Below are positions 52,269 through 62,396 of a stretch of 64,000 nucleotides of DNA, piece after piece (the first letter of the stretch is position 1; the number at the start of each line of letters is the position of its first letter). The position numbers and the translations under genes were made by a program. The notes under the pieces were generated by a model that was given only the letters and a program-made list of their open reading frames with translations, was not told the DNA's origin and did not search any database. Origin of the DNA: Verrucomicrobiota bacterium (GTDB taxonomy: Bacteria; Verrucomicrobiota; Verrucomicrobiia; Limisphaerales; SXQI01); NCBI GenBank assembly GCA_033762115.1, contig JANRLX010000019.1:1-64000 (forward strand), read 5' to 3'.

Positions 52269-54809
52269 ATGGGAAAAGCGCTGATTATTGCTGAAAAACC
52301 GTCCGTGGCCAGTGACATTGCCAAAGCGCTCGGCGGCTTCACCAAACACGATGAATATTTTGAGAGTGATCGTTACGTCCTTTCCTCCGCCGTCGGTCAT
52401 TTGCTCGAAATTTGTGCCCCGGAGAATTATGAGGTCAAACGAGGTAAGTGGAGTTTTGCCAATCTCCCGGTCATCCCTCCTGAATTTGCCCTTCGCCCCA
52501 TCGAAAAATCGGAACCGCGCCTCAAAGTTCTTCTCAAACTTTTGAAGCGCAAAGACATCGATAGCCTGATCAATGCCTGCGACGCTGGCCGCGAAGGGGA
52601 ACTGATCTTTCGCTACATTGTTCAGCACGCCAAAACGGACAAACCGATCCAGCGGCTCTGGCTTCAATCCATGACCCCGGCAGCCATTCGTGAAGGCTTT
52701 GCCTCGTTACGCGACGGCAAATCGCTCCAGCCGCTGGCCGATGCTGCCGTTTGCAGGTCTGAATCCGACTGGCTTGTCGGGATCAATGGCACCCGCGCCA
52801 TGACCGCCTTCAATTCCAAATCCGGCGGTTTCCAGTTAACCACCGTTGGCCGTGTACAAACCCCCACTCTCGCAATCATGGTCGAGCGGGAGGAAAAAAT
52901 TAAGGGGTTCGTCTCAAAAGACTACTGGGAAGTGCATGGGACGTTCCTGGTTGGCGCCGGCAATTATATCGGGCGCTGGTTCGATGAAAAATTTGTCCGC
53001 AAGGAGGGTGAAAGCGATCTGAAGGCGGAACGGATCTGGTCCCGCGAGCAGGCGGAAGGGATTCGCGCCAAATGCCTTGGCAAACCAGGCATTGTCACCG
53101 AGGAAAGCAAACCTTCCACCCAGCTTTCCCCGCTCTTGTTTGATCTTACCAGCCTCCAGCGCGAGGCGAACTCACGTTTCGGTTACCCCGCCCGCCGCAC
53201 TCTGCAGATCGCCCAGGCCCTTTATGAACGGCATAAAGTCCTCACCTATCCCCGTACCGACTCGCGGGCCTTGCCTGAGGATTATGTGCAGACTGCCAAA
53301 GATGTCCTCGGCAGCCTCCAGCAGGCTGGCACGGGATTGGGTCAATTCGCAGGGCAGGTCCTCAGTGAAGGTTGGGTGCGCCCCAACAAACGTATTTTCA
53401 ACAACGCCAAGGTCAGCGACCACTTTGCCATCATCCCCACAACCCTCGCGCCAAAAAATTTGGAAGGGGATGAAGCCAAACTGTATGATTTCGTTGCCCG
53501 CCGTTTTTTGGCTGTGTTCTACCCCGCTGCGGAATTTCAAATCACCTCCCGCATCACCCGCGTCGAAAACGAACCGTTCAAAAGCGAAGGCAAAATTTTG
53601 GTGAACCCCGGCTGGATGGTCGTTTACGGTCGTGAAACCGAAACCGAGGACAGTCCGAACCTCGCCCCGGTCCAGCCGAACGAAAACGCCACGACCGAGT
53701 CCGTCGATGTCCACTCCCTCCAGACCAAACCTCCAGCCCGTTTCTCTGAAGCGACGCTCCTCAGCGCGATGGAAGGTGCAGGCAAATTGGTGGAAGATGA
53801 GGAATTGCGCGAAGCCATGAGCGCCAAGGGCCTCGGCACCCCCGCCACCCGTGCTGCCATTATCGAAGGACTGATCCACGAACAGTACATCCAGCGAAAT
53901 GGCCGCGAACTTCAGGCCACCGCCAAAGGTATTTCCCTCATCACCTTGTTGCGGGGACTTGGAATTCCGGAACTCTGCTCACCGGAGCTGACCGGGAACT
54001 GGGAATTCAAACTCAAGCAGATGGAACGGGGCGAACTGCCTCGGCCTGAGTTCATGAAGCAAATCGCCGAAATGACCCGGCAGATCGTCGACAAAACCAA
54101 ACAGTACGAAAGTGATACTGTCCCGGGAAATTTTGCCACCCTGCAAAGTCGCTGCCCCAAATGCGGCGCCGTCATGAAGGAGACTTACAAAAAATATCAA
54201 TGCACCACCTGCGATTTCTCCCTTTGGAAAATCGTCGCCGGCCGCCAGTTCGAAGTCCCGGAAATCGAGCAGCTTCTCACCGAACGCAAGCTCGGCCCCC
54301 TGCAAGGTTTTAAAAGCAAGCTCGGTCGTCCCTTCGCCGCCATTGTCAAACTGACACCGGAATTGAAAGCCGAATTCGATTTTGGCCAAAACGAAAACAA
54401 CGCGGACGGCACCGCTCAGGAAGTTGATTTCTCCGGCCAGGAACCGCTCGGGCCATGCCCCAAATGCGGCGGCAATGTTTATGAAAGCGGGATGAATTAC
54501 ATCTGCGAGAAAGCTGTCGGCAAGGGGAAAAAATGCGACTTCCGCACCGGTAAAATCATTCTCCAGCGGAACATCGAGCCGGAACAGGTTCGCAAACTCC
54601 TCGCCAATAAACGGACTGACCTCCTGCAAAAATTTATTTCCAAAAAAGGCCGTCCATTCTCCGCTTTTCTGGTCGTCGGTGACGGCGGAAAAATCGGCTT
54701 TGAGTTTGCCCCCCGCGTGGCCAGGGACACTAAAACTGCTGCTGGCAAACGAAAAGCAAAACCGGCCGAACCTGTTGCTGAGTCACCAGCTGAACAAGAA
54801 CAGCCCTGA
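52269..54809 (+). CDS. topB: Type IA DNA topoisomerase (topoisomerase III-like) with C-terminal Zn-ribbon repeats
   Basis: AEKPSVA, DAGREGE, GRVQTPTL, LTYPRTDS (catalytic Tyr), GLGTPATRA, CPKCG repeats. Confidence 0.9.
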   Translation: MGKALIIAEKPSVASDIAKALGGFTKHDEYFESDRYVLSSAVGHLLEICAPENYEVKRGKWSFANLPVIPPEFALRPIEKSEPRLKVLLKLLKRKDIDSLINACDAGREGELIFRYIVQHAKTDKPIQRLWLQSMTPAAIREGFASLRDGKSLQPLADAAVCRSESDWLVGINGTRAMTAFNSKSGGFQLTTVGRVQTPTLAIMVEREEKIKGFVSKDYWEVHGTFLVGAGNYIGRWFDEKFVRKEGESDLKAERIWSREQAEGIRAKCLGKPGIVTEESKPSTQLSPLLFDLTSLQREANSRFGYPARRTLQIAQALYERHKVLTYPRTDSRALPEDYVQTAKDVLGSLQQAGTGLGQFAGQVLSEGWVRPNKRIFNNAKVSDHFAIIPTTLAPKNLEGDEAKLYDFVARRFLAVFYPAAEFQITSRITRVENEPFKSEGKILVNPGWMVVYGRETETEDSPNLAPVQPNENATTESVDVHSLQTKPPARFSEATLLSAMEGAGKLVEDEELREAMSAKGLGTPATRAAIIEGLIHEQYIQRNGRELQATAKGISLITLLRGLGIPELCSPELTGNWEFKLKQMERGELPRPEFMKQIAEMTRQIVDKTKQYESDTVPGNFATLQSRCPKCGAVMKETYKKYQCTTCDFSLWKIVAGRQFEVPEIEQLLTERKLGPLQGFKSKLGRPFAAIVKLTPELKAEFDFGQNENNADGTAQEVDFSGQEPLGPCPKCGGNVYESGMNYICEKAVGKGKKCDFRTGKIILQRNIEPEQVRKLLANKRTDLLQKFISKKGRPFSAFLVVGDGGKIGFEFAPRVARDTKTAAGKRKAKPAEPVAESPAEQEQP

Positions 54810-55765
54810 TGACCCAATCCCCCCAGGCAGAAATCCTGGACCGCGCTGCTCTCGACTTTTTGCTTCATTTGCAAACGGACCGTGCCGCTTCCCTTTACAC
54901 CCTTCGCAATTATCGGCAGGCCCTTTCTGAATTTGTCCGCTGGCACCTGGCCGAACGCCACTCCAGCCCCTCCTGGGCTACCCTCGGCCGCGATGATTTT
55001 CGCGCCTACCTCCGTTTTCTGGGTCGTGGCAACCTTGGTCGCGCCGCTGTCCGCCTTCGCTTTTCCGCCCTCCGCACATTTTATAAATTCCTGGTGGTTC
55101 GGGGAATGGTCGAGAGTTCCCCCATCAAAAACATTCTATTGCCCAAACTGGAAAAAAGGCTCCCCCGTTTTTTAAGCCCGGAGCAAATGATCGAGCTGCT
55201 TCGCGCACCGTTGCGGGAGCACGCTGCCCAATCTGCCGCACAGGAACAACCGGTCCCGATCTTCCCTTTTTTGCGCGACACCGCCGTGCTCGAAACCATC
55301 TATTCCTGCGGGTTGCGAATCAGTGAATTATGCGGGATGCGCTTGGAGGACATCCAGGCTGATGAACAAACAATTCGCGTTCGTGGCAAAGGAAAAAAGG
55401 AGCGGCTTGTTCCCATTGGCGCACCAGCCCTCGAAGCGATCCGGCTGTTTCGCAGCAGGACCGACCTTCCTTCGGAGGGAACCACTCCGGTTTTTCCAGC
55501 CCACCCCAGCGGAACGAATCCGCTTCAACCCCGTACGCTTCAGGCCAATCTCAAAAAATATCTCCAGGCTGCCGGTCTTGATCCTGAATTGACTCCGCAC
55601 AAACTCCGCCACAGTTACGCAACCCACCTGCTTGATTCCGGCGCGGACCTGCGAAGTGTGCAGGAATTGCTCGGGCATGCTCATCTCGCCACAACCCAGG
55701 TTTATACCCACGTCAGCACGGAACGTCTCAGGCAGGCCTACGAAAAAGCCCACCCCCGCGCCTGA
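54809..55765 (+). CDS. xerC: Tyrosine recombinase XerC
   Basis: N-terminal SAM-like domain; GLRISEL, GKGKKER, PHKLRHSYATHLL, LLGHA..TTQVYTH. Confidence 0.88.
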   Translation: MTQSPQAEILDRAALDFLLHLQTDRAASLYTLRNYRQALSEFVRWHLAERHSSPSWATLGRDDFRAYLRFLGRGNLGRAAVRLRFSALRTFYKFLVVRGMVESSPIKNILLPKLEKRLPRFLSPEQMIELLRAPLREHAAQSAAQEQPVPIFPFLRDTAVLETIYSCGLRISELCGMRLEDIQADEQTIRVRGKGKKERLVPIGAPALEAIRLFRSRTDLPSEGTTPVFPAHPSGTNPLQPRTLQANLKKYLQAAGLDPELTPHKLRHSYATHLLDSGADLRSVQELLGHAHLATTQVYTHVSTERLRQAYEKAHPRA

Positions 55766-55975
55766 TCATCCCCCCGCCACGATCTTCACGATTTCCAGTT
55801 TATCTCCCGGCGAAAGCTCCCGTTCTGAGAATTCCGAGGGGGCCACTGCCTCGCCATTATGTTCCACCACCACGCTGCGGGGGAGAAGCTTTTGTCCAAG
55901 CAGAAATGTTTCAAGGCTGCACGGAAATTCCACAGCCACTCGCTGGCCATTGGCTACGATGAAACCGGAATTCAT
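55766..55975 (-). CDS. thiS: Sulfur carrier protein ThiS
   Basis: 'VVVEHNGE', 'GDKLEIVKIVAGG' ending in GG. Confidence 0.9.
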   Translation of the reverse strand: MNSGFIVANGQRVAVEFPCSLETFLLGQKLLPRSVVVEHNGEAVAPSEFSERELSPGDKLEIVKIVAGG

Positions 55976-55977
55976 CT

Positions 55978-57246
55978 TCAACGTTTGAAATGCCTGTCCG
56001 CAAAGGCGAGATACTGCTCCCAATCATACTCCGTCACGTCATGCTTGCCGCTGCGGTTGTGATATCCCATCCGCCTTTGGACCGATTGATTCACCGCTGG
56101 CATTTCCGTGATTCCCAACCCATCCGTTCCCAGCAGTTTATAGGCAGGTTCCGCGTGCAACAGGCCGAGAAATTCCCCTTTTGGATCCGCCCAAAGGTCC
56201 TCCGCTGCGCTCGCCACATACACAGGCCGTGGTGCAATCAGCGCAATCAACTGATGCTGGTCAATCGGCAACTCCGCTTCACGGTCATTGTATTTTTTGA
56301 AATTTTCGCAAAACCAATGCGGAAATGAGCTGTTGATTCGCCGAACAGTCTCCCCGAAATTCCTTCGGTTCAACGCCGCTCCTCCGCAGCCGGACTCATT
56401 CGAAATCGTCATCGCAAAGCGGCTGTCCTGGGCGCCTGCCCAAAGCGCCGTTTTCCCCAGCCGCGAGTGGCCGAACACCGCCACCCGTTTCGCATCAATC
56501 AGTTTGTCCGTTTCCAGGTAATCGAGCGCCCGACTCAACCCCCAGGCCCATGCGCTGATCGCTCCCCACCGCTCACCTTGCGACGGCTCAAAAACTCCCT
56601 CCTCGAATTCCAGTTGAGCCCCGCGGACTCCCTGCTTCCAGCCGTCCGCCATGTCCGGCTCGATATCGCCGTAAAAAATCGTTGCGAGTGCGTAACCCCG
56701 TTCAATGATCCGTTCCACATTCCATTGCTGCTGCTGCGCTCCCCGTTCAAAATCTTTGCTCATTTTCACCGGCACCGCATTACTCTGGATGGTGATCCCT
56801 GGGTCGGGATGAATCGTATGATTCCCTCTGAAGCTCATCCCGAGAAAGGCAGGCACCGCTCCCGTCGCGTTTTTCGGAGAATGAATCAGCAGGTGCATCT
56901 CAGGTGCTCTGGGATTTTTCCCGAACCGGATCGTCACCTCCTGCCGAATCGCTTTTCCTCCCAGCGCATCCTCCTCCCGTTTGGTCACAATTGCTGTTGT
57001 CCCGACCACCCGCCCTGGCGATCTCCCATAAACCTCGCTGCGGAACAGCTCCAGCAATTCCGGCCTCCGTTTTTCCATCCACATCTCCGGTGAACTCACC
57101 TCTGTCCCGTTCTGCATTTTTAACAGCGCGGGCAGCGCGTACGGGTTCACCTTCGCCTCATCATGATTAAATTGCTCCGGCTGGGCTTCCGCATCCATAC
57201 ACATAAGAGCAACAAAAAAAGCGAAAATCGTTCCTGTCAGCTTCAT
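55978..57246 (-). CDS. Secreted CE15 family glucuronoyl-esterase-like protein
   Basis: Signal peptide; GHSRLGK nucleophile motif; ESGCGG; 'PIDQHQLIALIAPR'. Confidence 0.85.
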   Translation of the reverse strand: MKLTGTIFAFFVALMCMDAEAQPEQFNHDEAKVNPYALPALLKMQNGTEVSSPEMWMEKRRPELLELFRSEVYGRSPGRVVGTTAIVTKREEDALGGKAIRQEVTIRFGKNPRAPEMHLLIHSPKNATGAVPAFLGMSFRGNHTIHPDPGITIQSNAVPVKMSKDFERGAQQQQWNVERIIERGYALATIFYGDIEPDMADGWKQGVRGAQLEFEEGVFEPSQGERWGAISAWAWGLSRALDYLETDKLIDAKRVAVFGHSRLGKTALWAGAQDSRFAMTISNESGCGGAALNRRNFGETVRRINSSFPHWFCENFKKYNDREAELPIDQHQLIALIAPRPVYVASAAEDLWADPKGEFLGLLHAEPAYKLLGTDGLGITEMPAVNQSVQRRMGYHNRSGKHDVTEYDWEQYLAFADRHFKR

Positions 57247-57308
57247 TTTGAATTCAGGCGTAACGGTGTGTTGTCAAAATGCCTCCCGGGCAATTCACAC
57301 CACTTCAC

Positions 57309-58649
57309 TCACGCCATGCTCTCGTAATCGTAAGGCTTCCGCATCTCACGTGCGACATGTCCCTGCGCTTCCGCATCCCCTTCAAACTGTTCCTTCTCAG
57401 GATTCCACTGCAACTTCCGGCCAAGCCGCATCGCAATCACCCCCAGGTGGCAGACACTCACGGAACGATGCCCGATCTCCGCTTCGCAAATCGGTTGCTT
57501 CCGTGATTTCACACACTCCATGAAATTTTTCATGTGATCATCGCTCGTGTAAAGCTTCGTTGCATCACTTCCCAGCGGCGTCGAAAGCAGTTCCGGCTTG
57601 CTTGCCTCGATCTTTCCACGCGTCACAAAAATCCATCCCTCCGGCCCGATAAATCGCACTCCATGCCCGAATTTCCCCTGCTCAACCGGGGTGGCCAGTG
57701 ATCCATCCGGACGATTATTCGCCACGCTCCGGCAAATCTGTTTCACCCCGTTGGCATACGTGTAAACCACTTCATACTCACTTGATGCAGTGAAACCGCC
57801 GGGAATCATCTCCACCAGCGGGCGACCCTCCACTGTGATCGGTCCGCTTCGTTCCAGCCCCATTCCCCACAAGGCAATATCATTATGGTGCGCGCCCCAA
57901 TCCGTCATCGTCCCCCCGGAATACTCCCACCAATATCGAAAACTGCTGTGGCATTTCTCACGCACATACTCTGTTTTCGCCGTTTGCCCCTGCCAGAATT
58001 CCCAATCAAGCTGCGGTGGCACCGGCGCGGCATTGAATGGACCACGGCGCGGTCCCGCAGGCAGGTAACTCTCCACCTCCGTTAATTTCCCCAGCCGCCC
58101 GTTCCTCACCAGTTCACACGCCAGCCGAAATCGTGCGTCGCTCCGTTGCTGGCTTCCCGTTTGCAAAATTCTTCCCGTCTTTCTCGCCGCTGCCACCACC
58201 CGGCGCCCCTCATCAATCGTCAATGTCAGCGGCTTCTCGCTGTACACATCCTTGCCCCGGTTCATCGCCGCGAGATTGATCAGCGTATGCCAATGATCCG
58301 GCGTTCCATTGACGATCACATCCACCTCCTTGGAATCCACCACCTTCCGGAAATCCTTGAACACTTTCGCGCCCGCAAACATCTCCAGCGCCTTCGCAGC
58401 ATTGGATTCATCCACATCACACACCGCCACGACTTTCCCGAAATTGGATGCCCATTTTGCCACACCTCGCCCCTGCCCCCCGCACCCGATCAGTGCGATC
58501 CGTACATCCTTGCCCCCATTCTCCGCCGCCTGCAGAGGGTTCGATTCCAGATACCACGCCGGCAACCCGCTCAAGGCTGCGGCCGAGGTAATTGCTTTGA
58601 GAAAATGACGGCGCTTCACGCCACCCTTGTTAAAATGCGAAAGGTTCAT
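57309..58649 (-). CDS. Tat-exported Gfo/Idh/MocA oxidoreductase
   Basis: KRRHFLK Tat motif; IGCGGQG; TPDHWH; EKPLT; DWGAHH. Confidence 0.92.
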   Translation of the reverse strand: MNLSHFNKGGVKRRHFLKAITSAAALSGLPAWYLESNPLQAAENGGKDVRIALIGCGGQGRGVAKWASNFGKVVAVCDVDESNAAKALEMFAGAKVFKDFRKVVDSKEVDVIVNGTPDHWHTLINLAAMNRGKDVYSEKPLTLTIDEGRRVVAAARKTGRILQTGSQQRSDARFRLACELVRNGRLGKLTEVESYLPAGPRRGPFNAAPVPPQLDWEFWQGQTAKTEYVREKCHSSFRYWWEYSGGTMTDWGAHHNDIALWGMGLERSGPITVEGRPLVEMIPGGFTASSEYEVVYTYANGVKQICRSVANNRPDGSLATPVEQGKFGHGVRFIGPEGWIFVTRGKIEASKPELLSTPLGSDATKLYTSDDHMKNFMECVKSRKQPICEAEIGHRSVSVCHLGVIAMRLGRKLQWNPEKEQFEGDAEAQGHVAREMRKPYDYESMA

Positions 58650-58736
58650 GGCAATACGTTCCTTGGGATTCCCCTAACCGTTGCCAAACCCTCAACAAAA
58701 ACGCAAGCCCGATCAATGCCCCTCCCACATTTTCAC

Positions 58737-59438
58737 TTACCGCCTGAGCCGTCGCTTCAATTCAAATGCCGGGTAGATCAGCGTCACTTCACTTCGATCC
58801 ACTTCAATCGGGCTGTAGGCCGGATTTTCACTCACCAGTTTGATCCGCGACCCCTCCGGCCCGGTCCGGTAAAAATATTTAAAAAATACCCGTCCATCCG
58901 TCATCTTCACCAGCACAGGATCACTGTTGCGCGGTTCCTGGTTCGGGGTGAATACAATCCGGTCACCCGCATTGAACTTCGGCTCCATGCTGTCCCCTTC
59001 AATAATGATTGCAAAGGCATTCGGATCTTTCGTCTCCGTCGTCACCACTTCATCCAGTTGATTGCACAAATCCTCATAATCCTTCGCCGCCCCCGCCGTC
59101 GCCCAGCTCACCACCGGCACCTGCCTTGCCATCGGCCCCGCAGGTCGAAACCCTCCAGAGATGAAACCTGGATCACTCATTGTAAACGGACGCCGCCCTG
59201 CTGTTTCCTGCGCCGCCTTGCGAATGAATTCCTCGATATTTTTTTGTAGTCTCGGTGATGGAATTTTTACTCCAGTCTCGATTAGCACCAAATATGTCCG
59301 GTGGATGTCCAACATCTTCGCCAGTTCCAACTGCGTTAACCTCAATGCCTTACGTGCCCTTCTCAAAGGTGTGGCATCATATTTGTACTCTGGCTCACCA
59401 AAATCTACTTTTTCTGTTGACGTATTCGGCGTTTCCAT
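58737..59438 (-). CDS. XRE-HTH / S24 peptidase CI/LexA-like repressor
   Basis: HTH 'LTQLELAKMLDIHRTYLVLIETG'; Ala-Gly site 'WATAG'; catalytic Ser 'GDSM' and Lys 'FFK'. Confidence 0.92.
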   Translation of the reverse strand: METPNTSTEKVDFGEPEYKYDATPLRRARKALRLTQLELAKMLDIHRTYLVLIETGVKIPSPRLQKNIEEFIRKAAQETAGRRPFTMSDPGFISGGFRPAGPMARQVPVVSWATAGAAKDYEDLCNQLDEVVTTETKDPNAFAIIIEGDSMEPKFNAGDRIVFTPNQEPRNSDPVLVKMTDGRVFFKYFYRTGPEGSRIKLVSENPAYSPIEVDRSEVTLIYPAFELKRRLRR

Positions 59439-59527
59439 ATTTAATTGTCTCCTGAATGGTTAATGCTGCAATCGTAAATACTAAACAAAGATGAAGATAT
59501 ATAATAACCTCGCATGTAGAAGTCAAT

Positions 59528-59544
59528 CACACTTTCATAGTGTG
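59528..59544. promoter_or_regulatory. Candidate repressor operator (palindrome)
   Basis: CACACT-ttcat-AGTGTG in the AT-rich divergent gap, next to a minus-strand TTGACT (59521-59526). Confidence 0.4.
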
Positions 59545-59699
59545 CATTCAATCGTCAACATCCCTCCTGCTGCCTCAAATGTGTCACCGCAACCAATGAT
59601 ATAAACTCCAACCGGGCGCGTTCGAGGTATGCGCCCTGAGGCTGTTTCCGGCTTCAGGGCATATCCCTCCCAAAGGTTCCCCTTCGCTCCCTTCATACC

Positions 59700-60980
59700 A
59701 TGAATCGATTCTCATTCCTCTCTCCCGACCGTATTCGTCGCGCCCTTCGCTGGCGTTTCAATGTCATCGAACGCATGTCCCCGGAACTCCTCACCCAGCA
59801 GTTGGACGCTTTCGAAGCAGGCCATCTCCGCGAAGCAGTCAACACCTGGGAACAAATCGAAATGCGGGATGACCTCCTCAAGGCTGTCATCACCAAGCGC
59901 AAAAAAGCCATCGCCCGCCACGGCTGGGTGATCCTGCCTTACCCAGGGCTGAACGAAAACGACCGCGCCGAATCCGAGCGTCATGCCGCTGCTCTCGAAT
60001 TCTTCTACACTCACCTCGAATGCTCCCACGCTGTTGATGGCAACGAACGGGGCGGCATCCAGCTGCTCCTCCGCCAGATGATGGATGCCATCGGCAAACG
60101 CTACGCCGTCCATGAAATCGTCTGGAAACTCGGCCCTTCTCGGTCGGACACACTGCTTCCACGGCAGCTCACCGCTGAGTTCCGTTTCGTCCCCTTGACC
60201 TTCTTTGAAAAAACCACCGGCCAGTTGCGTTTCTTGGAATCGGAAAATGCCTTTGAAGGCCTCCCTCTCGAACCCGGCTCATGGATGGTCACCACAGGTG
60301 AAGGCTTGATGATGGCCAGTTCGGTCGCCTGGATGTTCAAACATCTTTCCGTCAATGACTGGAGCTTGTACTCCCAGCGAAACGGAATCCCCGGTGTTCG
60401 CGGCATCTCCAGCGCCGTTCGTGACAGCGCCGAGTGGAACGCCCTCGGCGCAGCCGTCGAGGAACTCATCGGCGGCGGCTCCGTCGTCACCAGTGTTGAA
60501 GAAGATGTCAAAGTCCTCGACTTCGCCGTCGGCGGCAACATCCCCTTTCCAGCCCTCGTCGAACGCATGGACCGCATGATGGCTGCCCTCTGGCGTGGCG
60601 CCGATTTGAGCACCATCAGCCGTGATCGCGGTTACGGCGCAAGCCTCCAGGAAAAGGAAAGCTGCATCCTCGAGGAAGATGACGCCGCCCTGCTCAATGA
60701 AACTCTCCATCGCCAGGTAGACCACTGGGTCATCCGCTATCTCTTTGGAGATCATGTCAAACCCCTAGCTCGCATCCGCGTTCTCGTGTCGCCCCGCGAA
60801 TGCACCGCCGATGATTTGAAAATCGACGAATTCCTCATTCGCCACGGCGTCCCCTTGCCACTCCTCGCCACAGCCGAACGTTACGGTCGCCGCGTCGCCG
60901 TCGAAGGTGAAATCACCTTGAAAACAGAAACTGCAAAACCGGAAAACCTTCCTTCCGCCCAAATCCCAACCCAACCTTGA
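59700..60980 (+). CDS. Mu gp29-like portal protein (DUF935)
   Basis: 'EMRDDLLKAVITKRKKAI', 'MMDAIGKRYAVHEIVW', 'WSLYSQRNGIP'; position upstream of a Mu-like protease. Confidence 0.8.
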   Translation: MNRFSFLSPDRIRRALRWRFNVIERMSPELLTQQLDAFEAGHLREAVNTWEQIEMRDDLLKAVITKRKKAIARHGWVILPYPGLNENDRAESERHAAALEFFYTHLECSHAVDGNERGGIQLLLRQMMDAIGKRYAVHEIVWKLGPSRSDTLLPRQLTAEFRFVPLTFFEKTTGQLRFLESENAFEGLPLEPGSWMVTTGEGLMMASSVAWMFKHLSVNDWSLYSQRNGIPGVRGISSAVRDSAEWNALGAAVEELIGGGSVVTSVEEDVKVLDFAVGGNIPFPALVERMDRMMAALWRGADLSTISRDRGYGASLQEKESCILEEDDAALLNETLHRQVDHWVIRYLFGDHVKPLARIRVLVSPRECTADDLKIDEFLIRHGVPLPLLATAERYGRRVAVEGEITLKTETAKPENLPSAQIPTQP

Positions 60981-60988
60981 TCACTCAC

Positions 60989-61774
60989 ATGAACCTTTCC
61001 AACTCCTCCTTTGACCTCCTCCAGTCTGACTGGTTGCAACTCAGTCCCTATGGCGATTTCCCCCATGCCCTGGGCCTGCAACGCATCACCCAACCCGCCA
61101 TGGAACAGCTCGTCGCCCGCTTCGATGCCCTGCTCAGTCGCCTCGCCCGCCGTTTCTCCGGCGCTCCCATTTACATTGGGCATCCTGATTTACCCGCCCT
61201 CGCCGGTAACTATCCAGACCGCAGGGCCTACGGCTGGATCATGAAATTGCAGGCCCGCGCTGATGGCCTCTACGGCCAGGTCAAATGGAGTGACCCAGGC
61301 GCACAACTCCTCCGCAACGGCCATTACAAATTTGTTTCCCCCTGCTGGGAAGCAGAAGAAATTGCCCGGGAGAACGGCAAACCGGTGTATCGGCCAGTCT
61401 CACTCATTTCAGTGGGCTTGACCAATGCACCGAATCTCCCGGTGCTCCCTCTCAGCAACGAACAATCCCCCGCCCCCGATTCCCATTCACGCCGTGCCCT
61501 CATCGAGAATGCCACCCGGGAAGGCAGGCTCACTCCTGCCCAGGAACTCCTCGCCCTGCAAAACACCGCCGCGCCTCTCTCCCTGCCACCGCTCCCGGTC
61601 ATCAACCTCCAGTCCCGCACCCGTCAACTCGGCGCGCGCTACTGCCAGCAGCTCAATCGCCTGGGCCGCCATGCCCGCATACAGGAACTCATTCACCAGC
61701 GCATGCAGTCAGGCTCCAGTTATGATCAGGCCTGGCAATCCCTTAAAACCACCCACCCCGAACTTTTTCGCTGA
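60989..61774 (+). CDS. Mu gpI-like prohead protease with C-terminal scaffold-like region
   Basis: 'PIYIGHP', 'AYGWIMKL..DGLYGQVKW', 'YKFVSP', 'SVGLTNAPNL'; helical/Pro-rich C-terminus ending 'HPELFR'. Confidence 0.85.
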   Translation: MNLSNSSFDLLQSDWLQLSPYGDFPHALGLQRITQPAMEQLVARFDALLSRLARRFSGAPIYIGHPDLPALAGNYPDRRAYGWIMKLQARADGLYGQVKWSDPGAQLLRNGHYKFVSPCWEAEEIARENGKPVYRPVSLISVGLTNAPNLPVLPLSNEQSPAPDSHSRRALIENATREGRLTPAQELLALQNTAAPLSLPPLPVINLQSRTRQLGARYCQQLNRLGRHARIQELIHQRMQSGSSYDQAWQSLKTTHPELFR

Positions 61775-61851
61775 CCCGCCACCTCCTTTCCCGCCACACG
61801 CGTGGCGGGAGTTCCAACAAACAAAACAAAAACATAAATAAAATAAAAACT

Positions 61852-62352
61852 ATGATTAAAATAAATCGCGCATTCGCTGCGCTCCTTGCCTCCGCCCGTG
61901 ACCGCTGGCTCCTCAAGCTCAAGCTTCGCCGTAAGCGCCACATCGTTCGCCTCGCCAACATTGCCGAAGGCACACACGATGGGAACATCACCAAAGCCGT
62001 GGACGCCATCATCACCGAGCGCCACCTCCTCGCGAAAATCGGCAGCGCCTCTGACCGCATCGCCGTCTGCGGCTCCGCTGACACTCCCATCGGCGTCATC
62101 ACTGATGAAGCCCCCGCCATTGGCGATTGGGTCAACCTCGCCCTCCTCGGCAGTTCCCGCAGCACCCTTCGCATGGTCGCCGCTGCTGCCATCACCCAGG
62201 GTGCCCTGCTCGAACCCGCTGCCAGCGGTCGTGTCCAAACCCTCGGCGCCGGTGCCGGGACCCATCACGTCGTCGGGCGCGCGCTCGATTCTGCAACCGC
62301 AGCCGGAGAGGTCATCGAAGTCGATCCTCTCTATTTCCTCCGTGTCATCTGA
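61852..62352 (+). CDS. DUF2190-like capsid cement/decoration protein with basic N-terminal extension
   Basis: 'AAAAITQGALLEPAASGRV', 'VVGRALDSATAAGEVIEV'; lies between protease and capsid genes. Confidence 0.75.
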   Translation: MIKINRAFAALLASARDRWLLKLKLRRKRHIVRLANIAEGTHDGNITKAVDAIITERHLLAKIGSASDRIAVCGSADTPIGVITDEAPAIGDWVNLALLGSSRSTLRMVAAAAITQGALLEPAASGRVQTLGAGAGTHHVVGRALDSATAAGEVIEVDPLYFLRVI

Positions 62353-62396
62353 TAACCAGCAAACTCAAACCTATCCTTCCTATTAATAATATTATT

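Noticed and set aside
54809..55765. xerC as the integrase of the phage-like module
   Set aside because: It is coupled to topB, has typical chromosomal XerC length and motifs, and is separated from the repressor by thiS, CE15 and oxidoreductase host genes.
58146..59249. Long antisense ORFs (367 aa here; also 1712-2761 and 35829-36704)
   Set aside because: They are shadow frames of well-supported genes in GC-rich DNA with no recognisable motifs.
62127..62396. ORF-track 424-aa version of the capsid protein
   Set aside because: The extra N-terminus overlaps the cement gene out of frame and is Arg/Pro-rich noise; ATG 62397 follows an AT-rich leader.
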